From Candidatus Latescibacterota bacterium (GTDB lineage: Bacteria; Latescibacterota; UBA2968; UBA8231): DNA of 64,000 bases. The DNA lies in assembly GCA_965208105.1 (NCBI GenBank), contig OZ242318.1:4782117-4846116 (forward strand). The letters are read 5' to 3'. Both the position numbers and the translations under genes were made by a program. Positions 19,986 through 30,070 of this stretch are shown piece by piece; within the stretch, counting starts at the first letter, position 1, and every line of letters begins with the position of its first letter. Under the pieces are notes generated by a model that was not told the DNA's origin, did not search any database, and saw only the letters and a program-made list of their open reading frames with translations.

Positions 19986-20771
19986 ATGGAGAGCTGCGAT
20001 TTTCTCTCCCTGCTCAAAGAGCATGGTCAGATGCCCGCGGCCCCGGCGGCGGCGGTCGAAATGCACGGCGACGGCGTGCAAGGGGCGGAGGGTACGACCA
20101 TCCTGGCACTGCGCTACGGCGCCGGGGTACTGGTGGCGGGGGACCGCCGCGCCACCATGGGCAACGTGGTGGTCTACGACCGCGCCGACAAGGTCCTCTG
20201 CATCGACGACGATGCCGTGATGGCGCTCTCGGGTTCCCCCGCCATTGCCGTCGAGGTCGCCCGCATGCTGGAAGTCTCGTTTCAGCACTATCGCCGCAGC
20301 CAGTTGCAGGAGTTGAGCCTGGATGGCAAGCTGCGCATCCTGTCGCGCCTGCTGCGCGAGAACTTGCCCATGGCGGTGCAGGGAATCGGGGCCGTCGTCC
20401 CCATCTTCGCCGCCTTTGACGCCGCTGCCGCCAGCGGCAAGATCTTCTTCTACGATATCCTGGGAGCCCAGTTCGAATCGGTAGATTTCTGTACCACGGG
20501 CTCCGGGTCGCCCATCATCCGCGGCGCGCTCTACCACCTGAATCGCTGGGGAGACCAGCCTTTGGCCTCCATGGACGAGCGCACTTCACTCACCCTCATT
20601 CTCAAGATGCTGGAAACGGCGGCCGAGTACGATACGGCCACCGGCGGCTACAAACCCAGCGCCAGGATTTATCCACAGGTCATGCGCATCACCGCCGACG
20701 GAATCGATGCGGTCGCGGAACCCGAGCTGGAAGCGCTCTACCGGACCGCCCTGGGTGCGGCAGCCGATTAG
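19986..20771 (+). CDS. prcB: 20S proteasome beta subunit
   Basis: Propeptide then G|TT nucleophile (EGTTILAL), AGDRRATMGN, GSGS, DTATGG. Confidence 0.93.
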   Translation: MESCDFLSLLKEHGQMPAAPAAAVEMHGDGVQGAEGTTILALRYGAGVLVAGDRRATMGNVVVYDRADKVLCIDDDAVMALSGSPAIAVEVARMLEVSFQHYRRSQLQELSLDGKLRILSRLLRENLPMAVQGIGAVVPIFAAFDAAAASGKIFFYDILGAQFESVDFCTTGSGSPIIRGALYHLNRWGDQPLASMDERTSLTLILKMLETAAEYDTATGGYKPSARIYPQVMRITADGIDAVAEPELEALYRTALGAAAD

Positions 20772-20795
20772 TGTTCCCGGCGGGACAGGTCCATC

Positions 20796-21560
20796 ATGCT
20801 CGAAGAACCTTATCGCTGGGTAGAGGCCATTCAAAATCGGCGCGACTACCTCGACCACCAGCTCCAGGACGCGAGCCCCGTGGTGGGCATGGGCTATGAC
20901 AACGGAATTGTGCTGCTGACCACGACGCCGGGGCCGAGGAAGCTCTTCGAGGTCTACGACCAACTGGCCTTCGCCGCCATCGGGCACCCCGCGGATATCG
21001 AGAAACTGCGCAAGGCCGCCATCGACATTGCCCATCTCGAAGCGTTCAACTTTTCAGCCAGCGACGTAACCTTGCAGCGGCTGGTGAGTTTCGGCCTGGG
21101 CCCGGTCATCAAGGGGGCCTTCGACGAGATCTTCCGCTCGCCCTACACGGCCCGCATTCTCATGGCAGAGCTCGATCCTCCCGGCGAGCAGGATGCCTTT
21201 TTCACCATAGACCCCGACGGGTCGTTCATCAACTCGAGCGGCAGCGCCGTGGTGTCGGGATCAGAGGAGAGTGCCGCGGCCATGCGCAGACATCTACAGC
21301 GGTATGAAGGAGAAGAGCCGGACCTCGAAGAGGCTCTCAGGCAGGGGATGGAAGCATGGGGAGCAGGCCGCCTCCAGGCCGCGGGGGAAGAGGACCACCA
21401 GCCTGATGGCGAGGAGATCAGGGACTTTCTGGGTGAGGCCTTGAAAGGTCAGCGGATCGAGGCGGCGGTGCTCGATCGCACCCGGCCCACCCGGACCAAA
21501 TTTCGTCTGCTGCAGGCGGCCGAGTGCGAAGCAATCCTGGCTGCCCCCGGCGACTCCTGA
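20796..21560 (+). CDS. prcA: 20S proteasome alpha subunit
   Basis: PYRW N-terminus, RKLFEVYDQLAFAAIG, EAAVLDR..FR; follows prcB. Confidence 0.85.
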   Translation: MLEEPYRWVEAIQNRRDYLDHQLQDASPVVGMGYDNGIVLLTTTPGPRKLFEVYDQLAFAAIGHPADIEKLRKAAIDIAHLEAFNFSASDVTLQRLVSFGLGPVIKGAFDEIFRSPYTARILMAELDPPGEQDAFFTIDPDGSFINSSGSAVVSGSEESAAAMRRHLQRYEGEEPDLEEALRQGMEAWGAGRLQAAGEEDHQPDGEEIRDFLGEALKGQRIEAAVLDRTRPTRTKFRLLQAAECEAILAAPGDS

Positions 21561-21631
21561 CGGCGGCTGCCGATCAGGGGTGAATCCCAGGCAGGGACTG
21601 CCTGGACGGACCCTCAGCACGGACGCGGGAA

Positions 21632-23050
21632 ATGGAAGATCGCATCTTTGGAATCGAGGTCGAGTACGGTTGCCTGCCTCCCGAATCGGACCCCTTCCTC
21701 AGTCCTGACTTCATTTCGGTCAAGGCCAAGGATTGCCTGTTCTACCGCGAAGGCCTGGGAATCGTCGACATTCACTACCGCGGCAGGGATGAACCCCCGG
21801 GCAACGGGGGATTTCTGTTCAACGGCGGGCGAATCTACATCGACATGGGGCACGTGGAATACGCCACTCCCGAATGCAAGGGGATATTCGACCTGGTGGC
21901 CGCCGACCGCGCCGGGGAAGTGGTGATTCAGCGCGCCCTGGAGCAACTGGGCCTGGCAGAGGGCGCCGCCTTCTTCAAGAACAACATCGACCACTATACC
22001 GGGGCCACCTTCGGCTGTCACGAGAACTATCTCGTGCGGCGCGAGGTGTCCTTCTCGCAGGTATTGCTGCCGGCCATGCTGCCCTTCTTCGTGACTCGCC
22101 AGATTTTCGCGGGGGCGGGGAGGGTGGGATGCCACACGGACATCTTCGAATACGGCCGGGGAGAGGAAGGAGAGATCAACTATCAGATCTCGCAGCGGGC
22201 TGATCACATCGTCACCGAGATCTACCAGTGGATTCAGTTCAGCCGGGCGATTATCAACACCCGCGACGAACCGCTGGCCGACTGGGAGTTCTACCGCCGG
22301 CTCCACCTTCTGGTCGGCGACTCCAATATGTCCGAGTACGTCACCGCTCTGAAGGTGGGCACCACCGCTCTGTTGCTCGACTTGCTGGAGGAGAACATCA
22401 TTCCCAGGGTGAAGCTCCTCGACCCGGTTGCGGCCATCCGCGTCATCTCCCGCGATATGCGCTTCAAGTGGGAGGTGCAGCTCGAGGACGGCCACTATAC
22501 CAACGCCATTGAAATCCAGCGCCAATATCTCGAGCTGGCCGAGCGCTACTTGCGCGGCAAGGACGAGGAGGTGAATTGGGTCCTCGACGAATGGCGTTTC
22601 GTCATCGACGGCCTCGAGTACGACCCCATGAGCCTGATCGACCGCGTCGATTGGATCGCAAAGAAGTGGCTGCTGGAAAACTTCATGGAGGCGGAAGGGT
22701 TGGACTGGCGCGATCCAATGATCCAGAGTCTCGATCTGGAGTACCACAACCTCAATCCGGGCAAAGGTCTCTACTTCGATTTGCGCGACCGCGGCCTTAC
22801 CAAGCGGGTCGTGGACGAAGGGCTCGTTAACAATGCGATTGTAACGCCGCCCCAGGACACCCGCGCCAGGGCGCGTTCGGCGGTCATGCGCGCCCTGACC
22901 GATCAGAAGACCCGCTATGTCATCGATTGGGACTCCATCTACGTGGAGGACGAGAAATACCTCAACCTGGACGATCCCTTCCTCACATACGCCGACGAGA
23001 CCGCTGAATTCATCGAGGAGTGCCGTCAACCCACCCCCCGCCTGCTTTGA
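21632..23050 (+). CDS. pafA: Pup/UBact-protein ligase PafA
   Basis: RIFGIEVEYG, FLFNGGRIYID.GHVEYATPEC, FGCHENY, SRAIINTRDEPLAD, RLHLLVGDSNMSE. Confidence 0.88.
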   Translation: MEDRIFGIEVEYGCLPPESDPFLSPDFISVKAKDCLFYREGLGIVDIHYRGRDEPPGNGGFLFNGGRIYIDMGHVEYATPECKGIFDLVAADRAGEVVIQRALEQLGLAEGAAFFKNNIDHYTGATFGCHENYLVRREVSFSQVLLPAMLPFFVTRQIFAGAGRVGCHTDIFEYGRGEEGEINYQISQRADHIVTEIYQWIQFSRAIINTRDEPLADWEFYRRLHLLVGDSNMSEYVTALKVGTTALLLDLLEENIIPRVKLLDPVAAIRVISRDMRFKWEVQLEDGHYTNAIEIQRQYLELAERYLRGKDEEVNWVLDEWRFVIDGLEYDPMSLIDRVDWIAKKWLLENFMEAEGLDWRDPMIQSLDLEYHNLNPGKGLYFDLRDRGLTKRVVDEGLVNNAIVTPPQDTRARARSAVMRALTDQKTRYVIDWDSIYVEDEKYLNLDDPFLTYADETAEFIEECRQPTPRLL

Positions 23051-23112
23051 ACCGCGCCCTTCCTCTCAGTCCGGATGCCGAGTCATCCGGAATTCCCCCT
23101 TCCGGGTTTGGA

Positions 23113-26100
23113 ATGGCGGAATTCCTGCGTCCGTCTTTCGGCTCCATCCTCGTTGTTGCTGCCTCCCTGTTGGGGGCCTGGGGACCTGCCCGGGGGGATT
23201 TCCTCTGTGCCGGCAAGGACGACTCCGTCCCCCCGCGGGGAAAGCCGGCCGTGCGCACCACCGGATCGCTTAACGCGCTGGTTATATTCGCCAAATTCCA
23301 GGGAGAGGCGCCAGGCAACGACCGGGCGCCTTCCTGGGCACCGGACCTGTTCAACAGGCAGAGGCCCGGCAGCTTTGCCCATTTCTACGACGAGATGTCC
23401 AGGGGGCAGTTGCGGGTGGACGGGCAGGTCCTGCCGCGGCGCTACAGTTCTCGGCGGGATGCTTCGGCCTACCTGGCCCCGGGGGCCGGCCTCAGGGGCC
23501 GGTTCGGGCAGTTCAACCTGGAGATTCTGGAGCAGGCCGATCTGGATGTGGACCTGGGGCGCTTCGACAACGACGGCGCCGACGGAGTCCCGAACTCCGG
23601 TGACGACGATGGCTACGTGGACGTCGTTTTCATCAACCTGCTTACGGTCCCCGAGAACTTCTTCGTTTCCAGGGCCACCGGGTTGGCCTCCCTCGGCCTG
23701 GAGACCGATTTCATCAGCGATGACCCTGCGGCGGGCGGCGGATGGATTCGCATCCCCAGCCGGTTCACCGGCTTCGGGGGCACGACACAGCGCGGCCACG
23801 TGTTCAGCGTCACGGCTGCAACCATGTGCCACGAGTTCGGCCACATTCTTGGATTGCCCGACCTGTTCGATCAGACTTCGATTTACGCCGGCGCCGAACT
23901 CGACCCCGCCGAGGACAGCGCGGGAATCGGCAAGTGGGGATTGATGGGGCTGGGAACTCTGGGCTGGGGGGAGGTGGACGGCCCCAATGCCTTCTGCGCC
24001 TGGTCGCTGGCGCAACTGGGCTGGGTTGGGGTCGGCAACGAGCATCTGATCGAGGTCGAACAGAGCCTCATCGGTGCCGTCTTCGATGACATCGACAGCG
24101 GCGGCAAAGTCTACAAGATCCCGGTGGGCGCGGAGGAGTACTTCCTTCTGGAGAATCGCCAGAATTCGTCATCCTTCTACAATCGAAACATTCCGGCCGG
24201 CGGAATCCTGGTCTGGCACGTGGACGACGGCGCCGACAACGACGAGGAGCGCCACAAGCAGGTGGACCTGGTCTGTGCCGACGGGTTGTACGCGGACCGC
24301 GGTTTCCCCGCCCTTCGTCCCGATCCGGTGTGGGGCAGGGACAATCTGGACTTCTGGTCTCGCGACCAAGCCTACGCCACGGCTCACAACGGCAACCAGG
24401 GCGACGCCGGCGATCCCTTCGACGGGGTCGCCCGGACTCGCTTTGCCCACGACACCAACCCGGGGTTCAGCGCCCACGCGGGGTTGAGTCGCAATCTGCC
24501 CCTGGGTTTCGCGGTTGAGAATATCCGCGCCCGGGGTACCCGATTGACAGCTGACATTCTGGTGGGGCAGCCACTGGATGGGCATGTGCATGCGGACACC
24601 ACCTGGTCCGGCGAGGTGATTGTCGGCGGTGACGTCGTGGTGCAGCCGGGAGCGACCCTTACCCTGGCGCCGGGTACGACAGTGCGCATCCCGAGGGGGG
24701 ACGGTCGCCGGACGGGGTTTTACCCGGAGCGCTCGGAATTTCTGGTCTTCGGCGACCTGGTGCTGCAGGGAAGCACCGGGAATCCTCTGTCCTTCGTTTC
24801 GGGCGCCGCGTCGCCTCGGAGCGGCGATTGGGCCGGACTCTTTCTTATGAACGCCCAGGATCCGGACTTGCGTGAGGTCCACATCGAGAACGCGGCGCAT
24901 GGTGTTGTGCGCTCCCACCTGCCGCCTGGCAGTACGCGCTGGTCCGGAATCCGGACCCTGCCGCGGGACCTGACCGTACCCGCAGACGCGGAGCTGGTTA
25001 TCGAGGCGGGGACGAGGGTGGGCTTCGCCAGCACGGACCTGGGTGCAGGCGGCCGCAGCCCGCAATTGACGGAGCTGATCGTCGAAGGCCGGCTGCGGGT
25101 GGAAGGGAGTGACGCCCAGGCGGTGCGCTTCGACCTGGCCTCCGGCAGCCCTGATTCGGTCTGGTTCGGGGTGCGCCTGCGGCCGGGCGCCCAGGTGGAA
25201 ATCCGCCACCTTCAGGAGGAGCAGTGCGTCATCGGCTTCAGCGGGGAGGTCACCGAAGCCGGAGCTTTGAGCATCGCCGACAGCCGCATCGCCACCACGG
25301 CCGGAAATGGTCTGCGTCTTGCGATCAACGGCACGGTGGAGGTTGATCGCACCATCTTCAGAGGTCATCCACTACAGGGCATATTTGCCGAGGGCAGCGG
25401 CCGACTTCTGCTGCGCAACTCCACCGTGCGGGAAAACGGCCAGGAAGGGATCTTCCTGGGCAATTGTTCCCTGGAGGCGATCCGCACGACCGTAGAGGAG
25501 AACGGCCTGTTGCAGGCGGAGGACCCGCGCCCCGGCCTGCGGGCGGTGGGTGGACGGGGACAGAAGATCGAGTTGTGGAACTGCGCGGTAGGGCGCAATA
25601 CCCTGCATGGCCTCGACCTGGGGTCCTGGGAGGGAGTCCTGGAATTGCACCGCAGCGAGGTCAGCGCAAATCGCGGCAACGGCCTGGTGCTGGCCGCCCT
25701 GGAGCGGGTGATTTTCGAGGACGTGAAGGTGAGGCGCAACCTGGGAACCGGGGTGGAAAGCAAAGCCGCTCCGGTGGAGATCTGGACCACGGAATTCGTC
25801 GACAATATCGGCCCCGGTCTGATCCTCGGCGAGGGGACCACGGGAGCGATCGAGATGTGCCATTTCCGCAACAACACCGGCCTCCGCCTGGAGAGCGCGG
25901 GAGAGCTGTTTGTGCGCACCAGCACGTTCGAGAACACCGCCTTGGGCCTGGCATCCCTGAACTCGGCACCCAGGCTCTTCGGAAACCGCTTCAGCAACAA
26001 TCTCAAGGCCATCGAGGTGAGCGGAACGATGGTTCCGGCGGAGATTGTCCGCAATGTCTTTGTCGACAATCGCACCGCCATCGACAACAGCACGAATCTG

Positions 26101-26523
26101 ACCCTGGTGGCACGGGACAATTACTGGGGAACGGTGGACACGACGGCCATAGCGGCCCTGTTCAGGGGTGCAGTCGAATGGGCGCCTTTTCTCGAGGAAG
26201 ATCCGGGCGAGACCGACCTCGCCGCCGAGGTCGGCGCGCAGCCGGCGCAGTTCGCACTGCATGCAGCTTTCCCCAATCCATTCAACGGACAGACCACCAT
26301 ACGGTTCGACATTGCCGCGCCGGTGTCCGCCGAGCTCGTGGTGTACAACCTCGGGGGACAACCTGTGCGCAGGCTTCTGCGCCGGGACCTGCATCCCGGT
26401 TTCTATGCAGGGGTCTGGGATGGACGCGGGGATAACGGCCGGAAGGTGGCTTCCGGCGTGTATCTCTACCGTCTGCGGGCGGGATCTTTTTCAGCTAGCG
26501 GCCGGGTGCTGGTATTGCGCTGA
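23113..26523 (+). CDS. Secreted M6 (immune inhibitor A-like) metalloprotease with beta-helix region and C-terminal FlgD/T9SS-like domain
   Basis: Signal peptide, HEFGHILGLPDL, WGLMG, EYFLLENRQ, beta-helix repeats, PNPFN..VYN..VWDGR..VASGVYLYRL. Confidence 0.85.
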   Translation: MAEFLRPSFGSILVVAASLLGAWGPARGDFLCAGKDDSVPPRGKPAVRTTGSLNALVIFAKFQGEAPGNDRAPSWAPDLFNRQRPGSFAHFYDEMSRGQLRVDGQVLPRRYSSRRDASAYLAPGAGLRGRFGQFNLEILEQADLDVDLGRFDNDGADGVPNSGDDDGYVDVVFINLLTVPENFFVSRATGLASLGLETDFISDDPAAGGGWIRIPSRFTGFGGTTQRGHVFSVTAATMCHEFGHILGLPDLFDQTSIYAGAELDPAEDSAGIGKWGLMGLGTLGWGEVDGPNAFCAWSLAQLGWVGVGNEHLIEVEQSLIGAVFDDIDSGGKVYKIPVGAEEYFLLENRQNSSSFYNRNIPAGGILVWHVDDGADNDEERHKQVDLVCADGLYADRGFPALRPDPVWGRDNLDFWSRDQAYATAHNGNQGDAGDPFDGVARTRFAHDTNPGFSAHAGLSRNLPLGFAVENIRARGTRLTADILVGQPLDGHVHADTTWSGEVIVGGDVVVQPGATLTLAPGTTVRIPRGDGRRTGFYPERSEFLVFGDLVLQGSTGNPLSFVSGAASPRSGDWAGLFLMNAQDPDLREVHIENAAHGVVRSHLPPGSTRWSGIRTLPRDLTVPADAELVIEAGTRVGFASTDLGAGGRSPQLTELIVEGRLRVEGSDAQAVRFDLASGSPDSVWFGVRLRPGAQVEIRHLQEEQCVIGFSGEVTEAGALSIADSRIATTAGNGLRLAINGTVEVDRTIFRGHPLQGIFAEGSGRLLLRNSTVRENGQEGIFLGNCSLEAIRTTVEENGLLQAEDPRPGLRAVGGRGQKIELWNCAVGRNTLHGLDLGSWEGVLELHRSEVSANRGNGLVLAALERVIFEDVKVRRNLGTGVESKAAPVEIWTTEFVDNIGPGLILGEGTTGAIEMCHFRNNTGLRLESAGELFVRTSTFENTALGLASLNSAPRLFGNRFSNNLKAIEVSGTMVPAEIVRNVFVDNRTAIDNSTNLTLVARDNYWGTVDTTAIAALFRGAVEWAPFLEEDPGETDLAAEVGAQPAQFALHAAFPNPFNGQTTIRFDIAAPVSAELVVYNLGGQPVRRLLRRDLHPGFYAGVWDGRGDNGRKVASGVYLYRLRAGSFSASGRVLVLR

Positions 26524-26531
26524 GATCCGGC

Positions 26532-26698
26532 CTAGTGCCTGCTTGCGCAATTCCGCGTGAATTCGGCCGCCGCTGCATCCCGGCTCGCGGCGTTGCCCTC
26601 CCTCGCCGTACACTCCAGGTACGACTCGCTCAGGCGCCTTGCGAGCCGGGCGCTTCTGCGCCCTCGTTCGTACGCTTACTTACGCAAGCAGGCACTAG
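26532..26698. mobile_element. MITE/REPIN-like palindromic element, copy 3 (167 bp, variant termini)
   Basis: Perfect 16-bp TIR CTAGTGCCTGCTTGCG; ~78-bp core (26576-26653) homologous to copies 1 and 2. Confidence 0.78.
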
Positions 26699-26732
26699 AA
26701 ATCCCTGGCGCCCGCGGAAAAGTTCCTGCGGC

Positions 26733-28163
26733 TCAGCCCTCCAGTTGCCTCCTCAGCAACTCTTCCACAAGGCGGGGGTTGGCCTTGCCGCGGGTGGCCC
26801 TCATGACCTGTCCCATCAGGAATTTTACCGGCTTGTCATTGCCGCCCCTGATCTTTTCCACGGCGTCGGGATTTTCTTCCATGGTCCTGACCAGGACCGC
26901 CTCGAGCTCCGCAGCGTCGGAAATCTGCCGCAGGCCGCGCGCAGCCACGATTTCGGCCACCTTGCCTCCCTCTTCCCACAGCACCGCGAATATCTCCTTG
27001 GCCGCGTTCTGGTTGATCGTGCCTTCTTTCACCAGGGCGAGCAGCTCCACCAGGGCCTCGGGATCTACCCGGATGTCCGGCGCTTCGGCGCCAACCTCCT
27101 TGAGCCGGCGAAAGACCTCGCCGGAGACCCAGTTGCTGACTTGCTTGGGATCGGCATTGCCGATACCCGCGCAGTCCTCGAAGTAGTCTGCGATGTTGCG
27201 GTCCTCGACCAGAAGGCCGGTGTCCCGGGCGTTGAGGCCGTAGTCGGCGGCAAAGCGGACTGCCTTTGCAGCGGGCAACTCGGGCAGCTGCCGCCGCAGC
27301 CTGGCGAGCCTTTCTTCTTCGATTTCGAGATTGAGGAGGTCGGGTTCGGGAAAATAGCGGTAGTCCTCGGAGGTCTCCTTGCTGCGTTGTTCCCGGGTGA
27401 TGGAGGCGTCTTCGTCCCACCCCATGGTGACCTGGATCACGGTGCCGCCGCCATCGAGGATGCGGGTCTGGCGCTGGACTTCATAGGCAATGGCGTTGCG
27501 CACCGAGCGGAACGAGTTGAGGTTCTTGACCTCGACCTTGGTGCCGTAGGCACTGGATCCCGCGGGTCGCACCGAGATGTTGGCCTCGCAGCGCATGGCC
27601 CCTTTTTCCATGTCGCCGCTCGAAACCCCCAGATAGCGTGCCATCTGCCGAATCCTCTGCAGGAAATCGCAGGCCTCCGCCGCCGAGCGCAAGGAGGAGT
27701 CGGACACGATCTCCATGAGCGGAACCCCGGCGCGGTTGTAGTCCACCAGGCTGGCGTTGCCCTCGTGCACCAGCTTGCCGGTGTCCTCTTCGAGATGGAC
27801 GCGGACAATCCCGATTTGCTTTTCGCCTTCAGTGGCCTCGACGGCAACCCATCCCTCGACGCAGAGGGGTTCTTCATACTGGGAGATCTGGTAGCCCTTG
27901 GGCAGGTCGGGGTAGACGTAGTTCTTGCGCGCGAAGACACTGCGGGGACGGATCTCGCAGTTCAGGGCCATGCCGGCCATCAACGTCAACTCCACCGCGC
28001 GCTCGTTGATCACCGGCAGTGAGCCGGGTTGGGCGGTACACACCGGGCAGATATTGCGGTTGGGAGGTACCTGGAAATGGGCGGCAGAGCAGGCACAGAA
28101 CATCTTCGAGGCCGTTTCCAATTCCAGGTGGACTTCCATGCCGATAACGGGTTCGTAGGGCAC
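26733..28163 (-). CDS. gatB: Asp/Glu-tRNA amidotransferase subunit B
   Basis: VIGMEVH, RKNYVYPDLPKGYQISQ, RCEANIS, EVKNLNS, DYRYFPEPDL; start GTG 28163 or TTG 28190. Confidence 0.97.
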   Translation of the reverse strand: MPYEPVIGMEVHLELETASKMFCACSAAHFQVPPNRNICPVCTAQPGSLPVINERAVELTLMAGMALNCEIRPRSVFARKNYVYPDLPKGYQISQYEEPLCVEGWVAVEATEGEKQIGIVRVHLEEDTGKLVHEGNASLVDYNRAGVPLMEIVSDSSLRSAAEACDFLQRIRQMARYLGVSSGDMEKGAMRCEANISVRPAGSSAYGTKVEVKNLNSFRSVRNAIAYEVQRQTRILDGGGTVIQVTMGWDEDASITREQRSKETSEDYRYFPEPDLLNLEIEEERLARLRRQLPELPAAKAVRFAADYGLNARDTGLLVEDRNIADYFEDCAGIGNADPKQVSNWVSGEVFRRLKEVGAEAPDIRVDPEALVELLALVKEGTINQNAAKEIFAVLWEEGGKVAEIVAARGLRQISDAAELEAVLVRTMEENPDAVEKIRGGNDKPVKFLMGQVMRATRGKANPRLVEELLRRQLEG

Positions 28164-28186
28164 GCCGGATTCCTCAGAATGGTGTT

Positions 28187-30070
28187 TCAAGCAAAAATCA
28201 CGTGTCGCTTCAGGAACTCCTCCACCGCATCGTAGTAGGCCTCTATCGTCTCGGGCCGGCCCCAGCCGTGGCCTTCACCCTCGAAGACGTGGTAGGCGTG
28301 CGGAATGTTTCTGCTGCGCAGGATCTCGACGATCTGCCCGGCTTGTTCCAGGGGTACTACCCGGTCCTCGCTGCCGTGAAAGATGGCGATGGGGTCCTGC
28401 AGCTTCTCCGCTGAGAACAGGGGCGATCGCTCGCGGTATACCCGCCCGGTCTCGGGCAGAGGGCCGAGGAGCGAATCCAGGTAGTGTGCTTCGAATTTGT
28501 GGGTGTCCGCTGCAAGGGCGAGGAGGTTGGAGATGCCGTATGAGCAGATGGCGGCGCGGAAAAATCCCGGTCTTGTGGTCAGAGCGCGCAAAACGGTGAA
28601 GCCACCGGCGCTGCCACCCATTATGACCAGCCGGTCGCCGTCCGCCCGGCCGGAGTCCACGAGGAATCGGGCGCCGCTTACGGCGTCCTCGACATCGTGG
28701 ATTCCCCAGTTGCCGCGCAGGGCCAGGGCGTAATTGCGGCCATATCCCGTGCTGCCGCGGTAGTTGACGTCGAGGACGGCATAGCCCCGGGTAGCGAAGA
28801 ACTGATTGCAAGGGTCGAACCCTGCGTCGGCCTGGCCTGTCGGTCCTCCATGAACCATCACGATGGCGGGGGGTCGTCCCCGGCTTCTGCATCCGGTGCT
28901 GGTCGGCGGATAGTATATTCCGTGCACTTCGATGCCTTCGGCATCCCGCCATGAAATGGCCTGGGGCTGGGCAAGTTGGGCGGCGTCCACCGTTTCTCCG
29001 CTGGAGCGGGCGTGAATCCGCACCTCGCCGCCGCGGCAACTCACGACGCGGGGCGGCACTCGACTCGACGATGCGATACAGGCCAGAGTTCCTCCCCTGG
29101 GAGCCGCGGTTATCTGTTCGATCCTGGTGTAAGAGGCGAGTTCTGCAACCGGAGAGACGCGGCGGCCGGACAGGTCGCAGCAGAAGGCCCGGCGGATTCC
29201 CGACTCGCTGCGGGTGAAGTAGAGACAGCGGCCATCTGCGCCGAAGCAGAAGACCCGCATGCCCTGTTGCCAGGCGGGGAGGGCGATGTCCGACTCGCCG
29301 GCGGTCAGACGGGAATGGGTGCGGCTGCGCAGGTCGAACAGCCACAGGTTGCTCCAGCCGTCCCGGTCCGAGACATAGGCCAGGGTGCGCCCGTCCGGTG
29401 AGAACTGGGGTTGGAAGTGCGCGGTCTCCGCATCTCCGGCGAGGACGGTGGCCTCGGTCAAGCGGGGAAGTCCGTGCCGGCTTGTGCGCATCCTGCCCAG
29501 CATCAGCCGGGTGCCGTCCCAGGGCATCTGGGGGTGATTCCATTCGATCCAGGCCAGCAGGCGGCCCCGGGGATGCCAGGTGGGTTGCATGTAGAAGTCG
29601 GATCCCTCGACCAGTCGCTGGGGCCAGAGTTTGCCGGCGCTGTCGACGATGGCGAGGCAGTCCAGGTCGCCGTCCGAGTGGACGTAGACGATCCAGTGGC
29701 CGTCCCGGGAAACGGCCGGCGCGGCGGCAAGGCCGAAGGAGGGGGTCAGAGGCCGGGCAGGTCCGGCCTCCAGACCCTGGCGGTAGAGGATGCCGTTGCG
29801 TTCGGCAAAGAATACCCGGCCTCGAGAAACGGTGAAGTCGCCGCCTCCGTATCCCACCTGGGCGCGGACCGAAAGGGCGTTGTCGAGGACGCGGGGAGCC
29901 TGGTGGCCGCGCTGGCAGACCAGCACCCCGTCGCTGCCGCGTCTCTCGAGCCAGACGAGGGTCTGCCCGTCCACGTCCCAGGCCACCTCCTTCAGGCTGG
30001 TGATCCGGGCGAGATCGGAGCTCTGGATGGGACTGTCCCATAGTCCGAACGGACGGGTCTGCAGGGTCAA
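28187..30070 (-). CDS. S9 family (acylaminoacyl/dipeptidyl) peptidase
   Basis: Propeller region, HGGPT, NYRGSTGYG, GGSAGG, D.VVP, EGHG. Confidence 0.92.
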   Translation of the reverse strand: MTLQTRPFGLWDSPIQSSDLARITSLKEVAWDVDGQTLVWLERRGSDGVLVCQRGHQAPRVLDNALSVRAQVGYGGGDFTVSRGRVFFAERNGILYRQGLEAGPARPLTPSFGLAAAPAVSRDGHWIVYVHSDGDLDCLAIVDSAGKLWPQRLVEGSDFYMQPTWHPRGRLLAWIEWNHPQMPWDGTRLMLGRMRTSRHGLPRLTEATVLAGDAETAHFQPQFSPDGRTLAYVSDRDGWSNLWLFDLRSRTHSRLTAGESDIALPAWQQGMRVFCFGADGRCLYFTRSESGIRRAFCCDLSGRRVSPVAELASYTRIEQITAAPRGGTLACIASSSRVPPRVVSCRGGEVRIHARSSGETVDAAQLAQPQAISWRDAEGIEVHGIYYPPTSTGCRSRGRPPAIVMVHGGPTGQADAGFDPCNQFFATRGYAVLDVNYRGSTGYGRNYALALRGNWGIHDVEDAVSGARFLVDSGRADGDRLVIMGGSAGGFTVLRALTTRPGFFRAAICSYGISNLLALAADTHKFEAHYLDSLLGPLPETGRVYRERSPLFSAEKLQDPIAIFHGSEDRVVPLEQAGQIVEILRSRNIPHAYHVFEGEGHGWGRPETIEAYYDAVEEFLKRHVIFA

